DNA of 64,000 nucleotides from an uncultured Alphaproteobacteria bacterium (lineage in GTDB: Bacteria > Pseudomonadota > Alphaproteobacteria > HIMB59 > GCA-002718135): NCBI GenBank assembly GCA_902615625.1, contig CACMPM010000001.1, positions 169 through 64,168 of the forward strand, read 5' to 3'. Shown here piece by piece: positions 43,036-53,071 of the stretch (its first letter is position 1; the number at the start of each line of letters is the position of its first letter). Under the pieces are notes generated by a model, which saw only the letters and a list, made by a program, of their open reading frames with translations, searched no databases and had not been told where the DNA came from. The position numbers were made by a program, and so were the translations under genes.

Positions 43036-45180
43036 GTGTTTAACCTATCAAAATTACTTAAATCTATTCATCTTTCAAGATTATCTTTTTATTTTTTAAT
43101 CTTTTTAATCATATTGAGTTTTTCGATCACATTCTACTTAATGCTTCCAAATAACGATCTAGTAAAAGATCCAAGAAGACTACAATTTTTTTTATTGGCG
43201 GATGTAATTTTTGTCATTTTATTGATATCCATAATTATTAGACAAATTGTATTGATCTTAGTGAGAAGAAGAAAAAGTTATGATGAATCTCGATTATATA
43301 TAAAATTTGTAAATTTATTTGCTGCAATGGCTTTAGGACCAGCCATTGGTTTAGTTATTATAACATCATTATTCTTTAATTTAGAATTAAGAACTTGGTA
43401 TGGTGATGCTGTAAGGGATGCAGTTGTAAATTCTAATATTGTAGCAAGAAATTATGAAAATGAAATACAGGCAGAAATTGTGTCTGATACTCAGTTAATA
43501 ATGAGAGAAATATTAAAAGTTTCTCAAAATAATGAGGTTAATATTCAATCAATTAGAACAGCTTTAAGTGAATTTATTAACTTAAGAACAATTTCAAGTA
43601 TTTATATTTTTAATACGGAAGGCAACATATATTTAAGTTTAAAAGATCCTGATAATAAAAATTTTTCAGTGCCATCAAATGAAATATTTAAGGTTGTTAA
43701 TCAAAATCGTGTTTATATTTTTCAATTAAATAAAAATTCTATTACAGCTTATAAAAAAATAAATTTTTTAAATGATGTTTACATGCAGGTTAATAGAAAT
43801 CTAAATACCAATATCTGGGATCATATTAGCTCTACAAAAGAGGCATTTGAAATTTATACTATGAAAGAAGAGGAAAGTTCAGGAATTCAAATAACGTATT
43901 CAATGATATTTGTTCTTTTTTCCATTTGTTTTATATTAGTGGCTATTTTGATTGGATTTAATCTAGCTAGCAATCTTAGTAAACCAATTACAAATTTAAT
44001 CAAATCAGCGAATAAGATATCAGAAGGGAATTTTGATGCTAAAGTTAGTGAGGCAGATCAATTTCAAGAGATAAAAGTATTACTATCATCTTATAATAAA
44101 ATGATTTCTGAAATTGAGAATAAACAAAATGAGCTAATATCAAAAAGTCAAGAAGATGAAGAAAAAAGAATTTTTATAGAGGCAATCTTAAGTCTTTTAA
44201 CAATAGGTGTAATTTCTTTAGATAAAAATTTTAATATTTTGTTATTCAATAAAACTTTAACAAAACTTTTTAGAAGCACTAAAAGTTTTAAAATAAATGA
44301 AAATTTTCTATCCTATTTCCCTGAATGGAAAAAAATATTCGAGAACTTTGAAATCTCAAATAAAGTATTATTAAATTTTCAATACGATTTTACATTATAT
44401 GATGATCAGAGGAATTTTAATATTAGAGTCATTAAAGAAATTAAAGATAATAAAATTGAGGGATATGTTGTTGCCCTAGATGATGCTACATCTTTAATTT
44501 TAGCAGAAAAACATTCTGCTTGGTCTGATATTGCAAGAAAGATAGCACATGAAGTTAAAAATCCTCTAACCCCCATTAAACTTTCAGCTGAAAGAATAGA
44601 AAAGAAATTTTTAGATGCAAAAACAGATAAGGAGGATATTTCACTTCTAACTAAAACAATATCAAGGCAAGTAGATGATATTGGAAAGTTAGTTGATGAA
44701 TTTTCATCTTTTGCGAGAATGCCTGAAGCAGAAATTAAGCTTGATAACCTATCAAAATGTTTAGAAGATGCATACCTTTTATATTTCAATACAAGGAAGG
44801 ATATAAAGCTTAATTTAATTAAACCTGAAAATGATATTTATTTTCATTTTGACACTCTTCAAATCTCAAGAAGTTTTAATAACTTAATTAAAAATGCTAT
44901 TGAAGCTGTAGAAAAAATACCTAACCCTGCAGTAGAAGTATTAATGGCTACTGATGATAAAAATATAAAAATTGAAATAAAGGATAATGGCGTGGGAATT
45001 GATGAAAAAATGTTGAGTAAAATTTTTGAACCTTATTTTACTACTAAAACAAAAGGAACCGGTCTTGGTCTATCTATTGTAAAAAGAATTATTGAAGATC
45101 ATGGCGGTAAAATAAAAATTGAGAAAAATAAAAATATGGCAGGAACAACATCACTAATTAATTTTGAATACAATGCATAA
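43036..45180 (+). CDS. ntrY: Sensor histidine kinase NtrY
   Basis: 714 aa with N-terminal TM helices, HAMP and PAS-like regions, the H-box HEVKNPLTPI and the G2 box GTGLGLSIV. GTG start. Confidence 0.85.
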   Translation: MFNLSKLLKSIHLSRLSFYFLIFLIILSFSITFYLMLPNNDLVKDPRRLQFFLLADVIFVILLISIIIRQIVLILVRRRKSYDESRLYIKFVNLFAAMALGPAIGLVIITSLFFNLELRTWYGDAVRDAVVNSNIVARNYENEIQAEIVSDTQLIMREILKVSQNNEVNIQSIRTALSEFINLRTISSIYIFNTEGNIYLSLKDPDNKNFSVPSNEIFKVVNQNRVYIFQLNKNSITAYKKINFLNDVYMQVNRNLNTNIWDHISSTKEAFEIYTMKEEESSGIQITYSMIFVLFSICFILVAILIGFNLASNLSKPITNLIKSANKISEGNFDAKVSEADQFQEIKVLLSSYNKMISEIENKQNELISKSQEDEEKRIFIEAILSLLTIGVISLDKNFNILLFNKTLTKLFRSTKSFKINENFLSYFPEWKKIFENFEISNKVLLNFQYDFTLYDDQRNFNIRVIKEIKDNKIEGYVVALDDATSLILAEKHSAWSDIARKIAHEVKNPLTPIKLSAERIEKKFLDAKTDKEDISLLTKTISRQVDDIGKLVDEFSSFARMPEAEIKLDNLSKCLEDAYLLYFNTRKDIKLNLIKPENDIYFHFDTLQISRSFNNLIKNAIEAVEKIPNPAVEVLMATDDKNIKIEIKDNGVGIDEKMLSKIFEPYFTTKTKGTGLGLSIVKRIIEDHGGKIKIEKNKNMAGTTSLINFEYNA

Positions 45181-46504
45181 AGTTTTAATTATAGATGATG
45201 AAAAAGATATTTGTTTTCTTATTTCAGAAATTTTAAAAGATGAAAATTATAATACTTCAATTGCACTTAATTCAGATGAAGCAATTAATAAATTCAATGA
45301 AATTAAACCTGATTTAGTTATTTTAGATGTATGGCTATCTAATAGTAAATTAGACGGTATTGAAATTTTAAAAGAATTCAAATCAATTAATAGCAATATT
45401 CCAATTATTATTATAAGTGGTCATGGTACTGTTGATCTTGCAGTAAAATCTATAAAAAATGGAGCATACGACTTTTTAGAAAAGCCATTTAATAGTGATA
45501 AATTAATTATTCTTACTAAGAGAGCAATAGAAAGTTCATCATTATTGAGCGAAAATAAAAATTTAAAAGATACCTTAATTAAAAGTATACCACTAATAGG
45601 GAAATCAGAATTCATTAAAAAAATTAACAAACATTTAAATGATCAGATTTCAAGTAATTCAAGATTATTAATTGAAGGGCCATTTGGAACAGGAAAAAAA
45701 CATTTTACAAATTTAATACATCAAAATTCTCAATATAAAGATAAGCTTCCTATATCAATTGATTTTAAAAAACTTACAAATGAAGCATTGGATAACATGT
45801 TTGTGGAAGATAAAAATGCAATTAATGAAAATATTTTTTATCGATCAAACAATAATTCACTAATACTACTCAATATTGAAACTTTACCAAATATTTATCA
45901 AAAAAAACTTTTAAATTTTTTAGAAAACAAAAAATTTTTTGAAGATCTTGATATTAAATTAAATCATAAAATTATTACAATTACTGAGAAAAATTTAGAA
46001 ATAGAAATTGAAAAAGGTAATTTCATTAAAAGACTATATGATAGAATTTCAACAGACTTTATAAAATTTAAATCTCTCTCTGATAGGAGAGATGATGTTC
46101 TTCCTATCCTTGATTTTTACTTAAATGAAAAAAGTGGGGGAAATTTAAATTTTAAATTTTCTTCTAAAGCCTTAACTAAGTTACAAATGTATGATTGGCC
46201 TGGAAATATCTCTCAATTAATTAACTACGTAGAGAAAAGTCTGATACTTAACCAAGATCAAAATATAAAAGAGTTAGAGGTTGATGATTTAGCGTTACAA
46301 ATGGGAGATGAAACTGCGTCAAATTCTTCCAATAATTCATTGGATTTGTCTTTAAAAGAAGCAAGATCAGAGTTTGAAAAAAATTATTTAATATCGCAAA
46401 TAAAGAGATTTAATGGTAATATAACGAAAGTTTCTGAATTTACAGGAATGGAAAGAACTGCTCTTTATAGAAAACTTAAATCACTAGATATAAAAGTAGA
46501 ATAA
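45164..46504 (+). CDS. ntrX: Response regulator NtrX (receiver + degenerate AAA+ + Fis-type HTH)
   Basis: Receiver domain (VLIIDDE...ILDVW), Walker A GPFGTGKK, no GAFTGA motif, and C-terminal NITKVSEFTGMERTALYRKL. Confidence 0.8.
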   Translation: MNTMHKVLIIDDEKDICFLISEILKDENYNTSIALNSDEAINKFNEIKPDLVILDVWLSNSKLDGIEILKEFKSINSNIPIIIISGHGTVDLAVKSIKNGAYDFLEKPFNSDKLIILTKRAIESSSLLSENKNLKDTLIKSIPLIGKSEFIKKINKHLNDQISSNSRLLIEGPFGTGKKHFTNLIHQNSQYKDKLPISIDFKKLTNEALDNMFVEDKNAINENIFYRSNNNSLILLNIETLPNIYQKKLLNFLENKKFFEDLDIKLNHKIITITEKNLEIEIEKGNFIKRLYDRISTDFIKFKSLSDRRDDVLPILDFYLNEKSGGNLNFKFSSKALTKLQMYDWPGNISQLINYVEKSLILNQDQNIKELEVDDLALQMGDETASNSSNNSLDLSLKEARSEFEKNYLISQIKRFNGNITKVSEFTGMERTALYRKLKSLDIKVE

Positions 46505-46511
46505 CTAATCA

Positions 46512-47876
46512 ATGAAAACAATTATTTGTGGTGCTGGAGACGTTGGATATAGCATAGCTGATAAACTATCTCGTGAAAATTTTGAAGTTACAGTTATTGA
46601 TGAAGATGAAAATAGATTAAATAAAGTATCTGAAAATTTGGATGTTAAAACAATAAATGGAATTCCTAGCATGCCATCAGTTTTAGAGAATGCAGGTGCA
46701 AATGATTGTGAAATACTAATTGCAGTTACTAAAAGTGATGAAACTAACATGGTTACTTGTCAAATTGGCCATTCTTTATTTAAGATTAAAAAGAAAATAG
46801 CAAGAATTAGGCAGCAGGATTATTTAAAAAATGATTGGAAAGATTTATATAATGATGAAAATTTTCCAATAGATGCAATAATTTCTCCAGAACAAGAGGT
46901 TGCAAAAGGGATATTCAGAAGATTAATCTCTCCAGGAACTATAGATATGGTTGAGTTATCTGATAAAAAATTGAAATTAATTGGATTAAAATGTGAAGAT
47001 AATTTTTTACATTCAGGTCTAACAGTAAGAGAATTATCAGAAAAATTTCCTGATTACCTTGCTAACATAATGTTTATATTTAGAGGTGATCAAAAATTTA
47101 CTGTAAATTCATCTACAAAAATTGAAAAAAAAGATACAATTTTTTTAGTTGTTGAAACTGACAATTTGACTGATGTTTTATCTGAGTTTGGACATCAAGA
47201 GTTACAAGCTAAAAAGGCTGTTGTTATCGGTGGTGGCAATATTGGATTTTCGTTGGCACAATTAATTGAAGGTTCTGAGACTTATATAAAAACTGAATTA
47301 ATTGAAGCTAATAAAGAACGTGCTGAATTTCTTGCGTCAAATTTGGAAAATATCACGGTTACATGTGGAGATGGTTTGGACAATCAGATACTTGAAGAGG
47401 TTAACATATCAGATGCTGGTTATTGTATATCCATAACAGAAGACGATGAAGTCAATATATTATCATCTTTATTAGCTAAAAGAGCAGGGGCTGATACATC
47501 AATAACTTTAATTAATAATAGTAATTATTCATCTTTGTTGTCTAATATCGGGGTTGATATGACAATAGATCCAAAAATAATAACAATTTCTAAAATTTTA
47601 GAAAAAGTTAGAGGCGTAAAAATAAGAAACGATTATTCAATAGGTGAAGGTTTTGGAGAAGTAATTGAGGCAGATATTCAGTCAGAATCATTTCTCTGTA
47701 ATAAAAATCTTAAAGAATTAGAATTACCAAAGGGTATACGTATTGGCTCTATTGTAAGGGATAAAAAAATTATAATCCCTAATAGCCAAACTGTTTTTAA
47801 AGAAAATGATGATGTTGTTTTTTTTGCTGAAACTAACTGCATAAAAAAACTAGAAAAAATTTTATCAAAAGTTTAA
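46512..47876 (+). CDS. trkA: Trk potassium uptake protein TrkA
   Basis: Two Rossmann NAD-binding repeats (ICGAGDVG and VIGGGNIG), each followed by a TrkA-C domain. Confidence 0.93.
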   Translation: MKTIICGAGDVGYSIADKLSRENFEVTVIDEDENRLNKVSENLDVKTINGIPSMPSVLENAGANDCEILIAVTKSDETNMVTCQIGHSLFKIKKKIARIRQQDYLKNDWKDLYNDENFPIDAIISPEQEVAKGIFRRLISPGTIDMVELSDKKLKLIGLKCEDNFLHSGLTVRELSEKFPDYLANIMFIFRGDQKFTVNSSTKIEKKDTIFLVVETDNLTDVLSEFGHQELQAKKAVVIGGGNIGFSLAQLIEGSETYIKTELIEANKERAEFLASNLENITVTCGDGLDNQILEEVNISDAGYCISITEDDEVNILSSLLAKRAGADTSITLINNSNYSSLLSNIGVDMTIDPKIITISKILEKVRGVKIRNDYSIGEGFGEVIEADIQSESFLCNKNLKELELPKGIRIGSIVRDKKIIIPNSQTVFKENDDVVFFAETNCIKKLEKILSKV

Positions 47877-47880
47877 ATTA

Positions 47881-48726
47881 ATGCCAAATTTTGCTTATAT
47901 AAACAACAAATTTGTAAATTTTAAATCAGCAAAAATTCATATAGAGGATAGAGGATTACAATTTGCAGATAGTGTTTATGAAGTTATCGCAGTTTTAGAT
48001 AATAATTTAATTGATTTAGATTTTCATCTTAACAGATTAAAATATTCTCTTCGAGAACTAGAAATCAAATTTAAAATTAATAAAAAAAACTTAACTAATA
48101 TCTTTCTAAACCTAATAAAAAAAAATAAAACAAGAAATGGTATAATATATTTACAAATTACAAGAGGTATTCAATTTAGAGAACACAAATATCAAAAAAA
48201 TTTAACTCCAACTTTGATTGTATACACAAGAAATAAAAGTTTTAATTTACCTGGAAAAGAATTTGTAGGGGTAAATACAATTACATATCAAGATCTTCGA
48301 TGGAAAAGACGTGATATTAAAACAGTAAATTTACTTCCAAATATTATAGCAGCAAATATGGCCAAAAAGAAAAATGCTTATGAGGCAATTTTAATACAAA
48401 ATGGAAAAGTAACTGAGGGTACATCTTCAAATATTTGGATTATAAAAAGAAATAATTTAATAACTCATCCAGCTAATTCCGATATTTTAAAAGGAGTGAC
48501 TAGAACATCTCTTTTAAAAATTATAAAAAAAACTAAACTTAAACTAATAGAAAAACAATTTACCCAAAAGCAATTAATTAATGCTGATGAAGTTTTCTTA
48601 ACAAGCTCTGGAAGTTTTATTACTCCTATTTTAAAAATTGATAATAAAAAAATTAATAATGGTAAAATTGGCAATATTACATTGAAACTAGCAGAAATGT
48701 ATACTGAAGCATGTATAAATGGATAA
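47881..48726 (+). CDS. Class IV (D-amino acid / branched-chain) aminotransferase
   Basis: 281 aa with RGLQFADSVYEV and EGTSSNIWIIK motifs typical of fold-type IV PLP enzymes. Confidence 0.8.
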   Translation: MPNFAYINNKFVNFKSAKIHIEDRGLQFADSVYEVIAVLDNNLIDLDFHLNRLKYSLRELEIKFKINKKNLTNIFLNLIKKNKTRNGIIYLQITRGIQFREHKYQKNLTPTLIVYTRNKSFNLPGKEFVGVNTITYQDLRWKRRDIKTVNLLPNIIAANMAKKKNAYEAILIQNGKVTEGTSSNIWIIKRNNLITHPANSDILKGVTRTSLLKIIKKTKLKLIEKQFTQKQLINADEVFLTSSGSFITPILKIDNKKINNGKIGNITLKLAEMYTEACING

Positions 48727-49525
48727 TATAAAGCAAGAGGACATAGAAGACATTTGTTTTAACGTAAGTCAAAATATTATCTTACCAAAATTTAAAAATT
48801 TATCAGAGGATGAAATTAATTATAAAAATGGATCTGATTTAGTAACAGCAGCTGATATAGAGGCAGAAAAAGAATTAAAAAAAAATTTGTTAAAAATTTT
48901 ACCAACTGCAAATTTTATAGGTGAAGAGGAATATTCTAGAAATGAAAATATATTAAATTTTTATAATGAAGATGCATATTGTTGGACTGTTGACCCAATA
49001 GATGGAACAACAAATTTTGCTAATGGTAGAGATAAATTTGCAATTATGATAGCCTTAACATTTAAAGAAAAAATTTTACGTTCTTGGATATATAAACCAT
49101 TAGATAAAATTATGTGTTCAGCTATTTTAAATGAAGGTGCTTTTATCAATAATAATAAAATTATTACAAAAGAGGCAAAAATAATTGAAGAAACTATAGG
49201 ATCGATAAGTACAAAGTATTGGGAACCAGGATTTAAAGATAAGTTAAAAATATTTAAAAACATATTTAAAGAAGTTAACTCTTATAGATGCATTGGTTTT
49301 GAATATATAGATATAGGTATTGGCATTAGAAATTTTGCTATTTTATCAAAATTATCTCCATGGGATCATATTCCAGGTATTCTTTTTGTCAGAGAAGCAG
49401 GAGGTTCTGACATTGATTTGGATAAAAATAAATATGACTTTACAAAAAAGAATAAGAATTTAATTGTTAGTAATTCAGAAGATTTGAATTTTAAAATTTT
49501 AGATAAATTAGGAGAATATTCATGA
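48719..49525 (+). CDS. Inositol monophosphatase-family phosphatase
   Basis: WTVDPIDGTTNF and SPWDHIPG motifs. Confidence 0.8.
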   Translation: MDNIKQEDIEDICFNVSQNIILPKFKNLSEDEINYKNGSDLVTAADIEAEKELKKNLLKILPTANFIGEEEYSRNENILNFYNEDAYCWTVDPIDGTTNFANGRDKFAIMIALTFKEKILRSWIYKPLDKIMCSAILNEGAFINNNKIITKEAKIIEETIGSISTKYWEPGFKDKLKIFKNIFKEVNSYRCIGFEYIDIGIGIRNFAILSKLSPWDHIPGILFVREAGGSDIDLDKNKYDFTKKNKNLIVSNSEDLNFKILDKLGEYS

Positions 49526-50394
49526 GTATTAAAAATGTCTCTTTTATTGGCTTAGGAGTAATGGGTTACCCAATGGCAGGCCATCTTCAAAACAATGGTT
49601 ATAATGTAACTGTTTATAATAGAACAACTGTTAAAGCAGAAAAATGGGTAGAAGAGTACAAAGGCAGCATGGCTAAAACTCCTGGTGAAGCTTCTCAAAA
49701 TTCTGAAATTGTTTTTATGTGTGTTGGACGTGATGAAGATATTATTGAAGTAATGGAAGGTGAAGATGGAATTCTTTCAAAAATAGCTGACGGATCAATT
49801 ATTGTTGATCACACAACAGCTTCCGCAGAGATAGCAAGAAATTACAATCAAAAACTTAAAAATAAAAAATTAAGTTTTCTTGATGCCCCTGTATCTGGCG
49901 GTCAAGCAGGTGCAGAAAATGGTGTTCTTTCTATTATGATAGGTGGTGATGAAAAAGATTATAATACTGTAAAACCAGTTCTCACATCTTATGGTAAAGC
50001 TGTTGAGCTTATAGGGCCTTCTGGTTCGGGTCAAATTGCTAAAATGATAAATCAAATTTGTATAGCCGGACTAGTCCAAGGCTTATCAGAAGCAATGGCT
50101 TTTGGAAAAAAATCCAATGTAGATATGGAAAAAGTTCTTAGCGTTATATCCAAGGGAGCAGCTCAATCATGGCAGATGGAAAATAGATATAGAACTATGC
50201 TTGATGGAAAGTTTGATTATGGTTTTGCTGTAGATTGGATGCGTAAGGATTTATCAATATGTTTTAACGAGGCCAGCAAAAATGGCGCAATACTTCCTAT
50301 TACAAAAATAGTTGATAAATATTATGAAGAAGTTCAAAAAAATGGTGGGAATAGGTTTGATACATCATCCTTAATGACTCTTGTAGACAAATAA
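49522..50394 (+). CDS. NAD(P)-dependent beta-hydroxyacid dehydrogenase (3-hydroxyisobutyrate dehydrogenase family)
   Basis: FIGLGVMGYPMAGHL Rossmann motif and a 6PGDH-like C-terminal domain. Confidence 0.8.
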   Translation: MSIKNVSFIGLGVMGYPMAGHLQNNGYNVTVYNRTTVKAEKWVEEYKGSMAKTPGEASQNSEIVFMCVGRDEDIIEVMEGEDGILSKIADGSIIVDHTTASAEIARNYNQKLKNKKLSFLDAPVSGGQAGAENGVLSIMIGGDEKDYNTVKPVLTSYGKAVELIGPSGSGQIAKMINQICIAGLVQGLSEAMAFGKKSNVDMEKVLSVISKGAAQSWQMENRYRTMLDGKFDYGFAVDWMRKDLSICFNEASKNGAILPITKIVDKYYEEVQKNGGNRFDTSSLMTLVDK

Positions 50395-51309
50395 ATGTCA
50401 AGAAACTTAATGTTAGCAGTCATATTGTTAATAGCCTCTTCTTTATTTTGGTCAGGAAATTTCTTTTTTGGGAAAGTTGCTCACTTAACTGATCTTTCAC
50501 CATTTAAATTAAGTTTTTTTAGATGGTCTTTAGCTTTGCTTTTACTACTACCTTTCACCATTAAAAGCATTTTGGTAAATTTTAATTATTACAAAGAGAA
50601 CTTTTTACTAATGACTACATTAAGTATTTTAAGTGTTACAATATTTAACTCATTTACATATATTTCATTGCAGACAACTTTAGTTTTAAATTCAACTATA
50701 ATGGCATCTACTGCACCTGTAATTATGATTGGTTTCTCTTGGCTAATGTTTCGAACTAAAATCTCTAAACTTCAACTAATTGGTATAATTTTATCTTTAT
50801 TAGGTGCTTTAGCTATAATTTTAAAAGGAAATTTAAATAATCTATATACCCTTAATTTTACTATTGGTGATATTTGGATGTTTGCTGCTGTAATATCTTG
50901 GTGCTTATATTCCGTCCTGTTAAAAAAGATGGATACATCAATCCCTCAACTAGCAAGTTTAGAAGTAATGATTATTATTGGCTTATTTTTTATTATTCCA
51001 TTTTATCTTTTTGAATCTTTCAATGGTACCTTTTTACTTTCATCTTCTTATGACTTTTTCATTATTATTTATGTTGCTATCTTTGCAAGTATTGCTGCTT
51101 ATTTTGCTTGGAACAAGGGTGTCTATTTAATTGGACCAAATAGAGCTGGTTTATTTTTACACTTGATACCTGTCTTTGCTGCAATTTGGGCAATAACTTT
51201 TTTAAATGAAAGTTTTGCAATATTTCATATTGTAGGTGTTTTTTTTATAATTACAGGAATTATATTATCTAATATAAGATTTAAAAATGAACAAAATAGT
51301 CAAAACTGA
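50395..51309 (+). CDS. EamA/DMT-family transporter
   Basis: 304 aa with about 10 TM segments in two EamA halves. Confidence 0.8.
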   Translation: MSRNLMLAVILLIASSLFWSGNFFFGKVAHLTDLSPFKLSFFRWSLALLLLLPFTIKSILVNFNYYKENFLLMTTLSILSVTIFNSFTYISLQTTLVLNSTIMASTAPVIMIGFSWLMFRTKISKLQLIGIILSLLGALAIILKGNLNNLYTLNFTIGDIWMFAAVISWCLYSVLLKKMDTSIPQLASLEVMIIIGLFFIIPFYLFESFNGTFLLSSSYDFFIIIYVAIFASIAAYFAWNKGVYLIGPNRAGLFLHLIPVFAAIWAITFLNESFAIFHIVGVFFIITGIILSNIRFKNEQNSQN

Positions 51310-51682
51310 TCAGGAATGGAAATCTCTTCTCACAGAAGATGAATATTACGTAACAAGACAAAAGGGAACAGAACCACCTTTTTCTGGTAAAAATTTTGAA
51401 ATTATTAATGGCGGTATTTTTAAATGTAAATGCTGTGGTAATGAATTATTTAATAGTTCTACAAAATATGATTCTTATTGTGGATGGCCAAGTTTTTTTG
51501 AACAAATATCACCTGAAGCTATTAAAACAGAGACTGATAGATCTCATGGAATGGTGCGTATTGAAATTATGTGCGCCAAATGTGATGCTCATTTAGGTCA
51601 TGTCTTTGATGACGGTCCAGAGCCTACTGGCAAAAGATATTGTGTAAATTCTCTTTCTATTAATTACGAAGAATTTGAATAA
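51287..51682 (+). CDS. msrB: Peptide methionine (R)-S-oxide reductase MsrB
   Basis: Two zinc CxxC pairs (CKCCG and CAKCDAHLGHVF) and the catalytic RYCVNS motif. Confidence 0.95.
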   Translation: MNKIVKTDQEWKSLLTEDEYYVTRQKGTEPPFSGKNFEIINGGIFKCKCCGNELFNSSTKYDSYCGWPSFFEQISPEAIKTETDRSHGMVRIEIMCAKCDAHLGHVFDDGPEPTGKRYCVNSLSINYEEFE

Positions 51683-52856
51683 TACTTTTTATACACTCCT
51701 ATTTTCATCAATAGGTCATGCACTCATGCATATGTTTGCAGCATTTTATTTTGTGATCGTTCTGACTATAGAAAAAGAATGGAATATTTCTTATGATCAA
51801 TTAATTAGATTATGGTCTCTTGGAGCTCTACTAATTGGCTTAGGGGCAATTCCTTTCGGATGGTTAAGTGATAGATGGTCTCGTTCAGGAACAATGACAA
51901 TTATGTTTATTGGAATGGGATTAGCCTCCATTTTATGTGGTTTAAGTACATCAGTTTCTTTTTTATTTTTTTCCTTATCTCTTCTTGGACTTTTCTGTTC
52001 AATTTACCATCCTGTAGGCATTCCTTGGGTAATTCACGCAGCAAACAAACAAGGAAGAGCGCTTGGTGTAAATGGTATTTTTGGTGGGGTAGGGATAGGC
52101 TCTGGAGCATTTGTAGCTGGTACTCTAACAGAATTACTAAATTGGCAACTAGCTTTTATATTACCTGGTTTAATATCAATTATTATTGGGTTTATTCTTA
52201 TTTACTTTATCCTAATTGATAAAATATCTTACAAAAATTATTTTATTAAAAATGATAATCAAGATCATTCTCGTAATGAGATGATTTTAATTGCATTAAT
52301 AATGCTATTATCAATGTTTGCTCTTGGATTATCTTTTCACAATACACAAACAGCCTTACCAAAAGTATTTGAAATACGAATTGGTAACACAAGCTCAATT
52401 CAAATTGGATTTATGATAGCAATTATCTATTTTATTTCTGGTGCTACAACATTTGTTGGAGGCTTACTTGCTGATCGATTTAATTTAAAAACCATTTACT
52501 TAATTGGTATATTTCTTCAGTTTCCGTGTTATCTTGGTATAGCTTACATATCTGGTTACTCTTTAGTAGTGTTATGTATTCTAGCTGCCGTATTTAATGC
52601 AAGTATTCTGCCTACAGAAAATCTCCTACTTGGGAGATTTACGCCTCAAAAGTATCATGGTGTTGTATACGGAATTAAGTTTATTCTTGCATTTGGATCA
52701 GGACCAATTTCGGTATTCTTAATTTCAGAAATATATTCCATAACTTTAGAGTTTACTTATTTGTTTTTAATTAATGCAATAATGATGGCTATAGTTTCAA
52801 TCTTTATAATTTTCTTACCCATTCAAGGTAATCAAAGAACAGCTACTCAGGATTAG
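51675..52856 (+). CDS. MFS transporter
   Basis: 393 aa with 12 predicted TM segments and the GWLSDRWSR loop motif. TTG start. Confidence 0.8.
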   Translation: MNNTFYTLLFSSIGHALMHMFAAFYFVIVLTIEKEWNISYDQLIRLWSLGALLIGLGAIPFGWLSDRWSRSGTMTIMFIGMGLASILCGLSTSVSFLFFSLSLLGLFCSIYHPVGIPWVIHAANKQGRALGVNGIFGGVGIGSGAFVAGTLTELLNWQLAFILPGLISIIIGFILIYFILIDKISYKNYFIKNDNQDHSRNEMILIALIMLLSMFALGLSFHNTQTALPKVFEIRIGNTSSIQIGFMIAIIYFISGATTFVGGLLADRFNLKTIYLIGIFLQFPCYLGIAYISGYSLVVLCILAAVFNASILPTENLLLGRFTPQKYHGVVYGIKFILAFGSGPISVFLISEIYSITLEFTYLFLINAIMMAIVSIFIIFLPIQGNQRTATQD

Positions 52857-53070
52857 ATTTTATCTCTTCAAGATAATTAATAACTTCATTAAACTTTTCA
52901 TCAGGTATATCTTTATAGGTCATACCAAAATGATTTTTTACCTCTAATGCAACATGAGCATAAGGATTTCTACCCTTTGGATGATTAGGATGATCAGGTA
53001 ATTTCCCTTTTAAAAAGTCGCCTGTTTCTTGAATTAATATCCAAATTTTAGATGCTTTTTCTTTATTCAA
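52843..53070 (-). CDS. Hypothetical 75-aa soluble protein, possibly ORF6C-like
   Basis: This is the only long ORF filling the space between the pepC stop (1-nt gap) and the MFS 3' end. NPYAHVALEVKNHFGMTYKDIPDEKFNEVINYLEEI resembles the ORF6C consensus as I remember it. Confidence 0.5.
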   Translation of the reverse strand: MNKEKASKIWILIQETGDFLKGKLPDHPNHPKGRNPYAHVALEVKNHFGMTYKDIPDEKFNEVINYLEEIKSNPE

Positions 53071-53071
53071 T

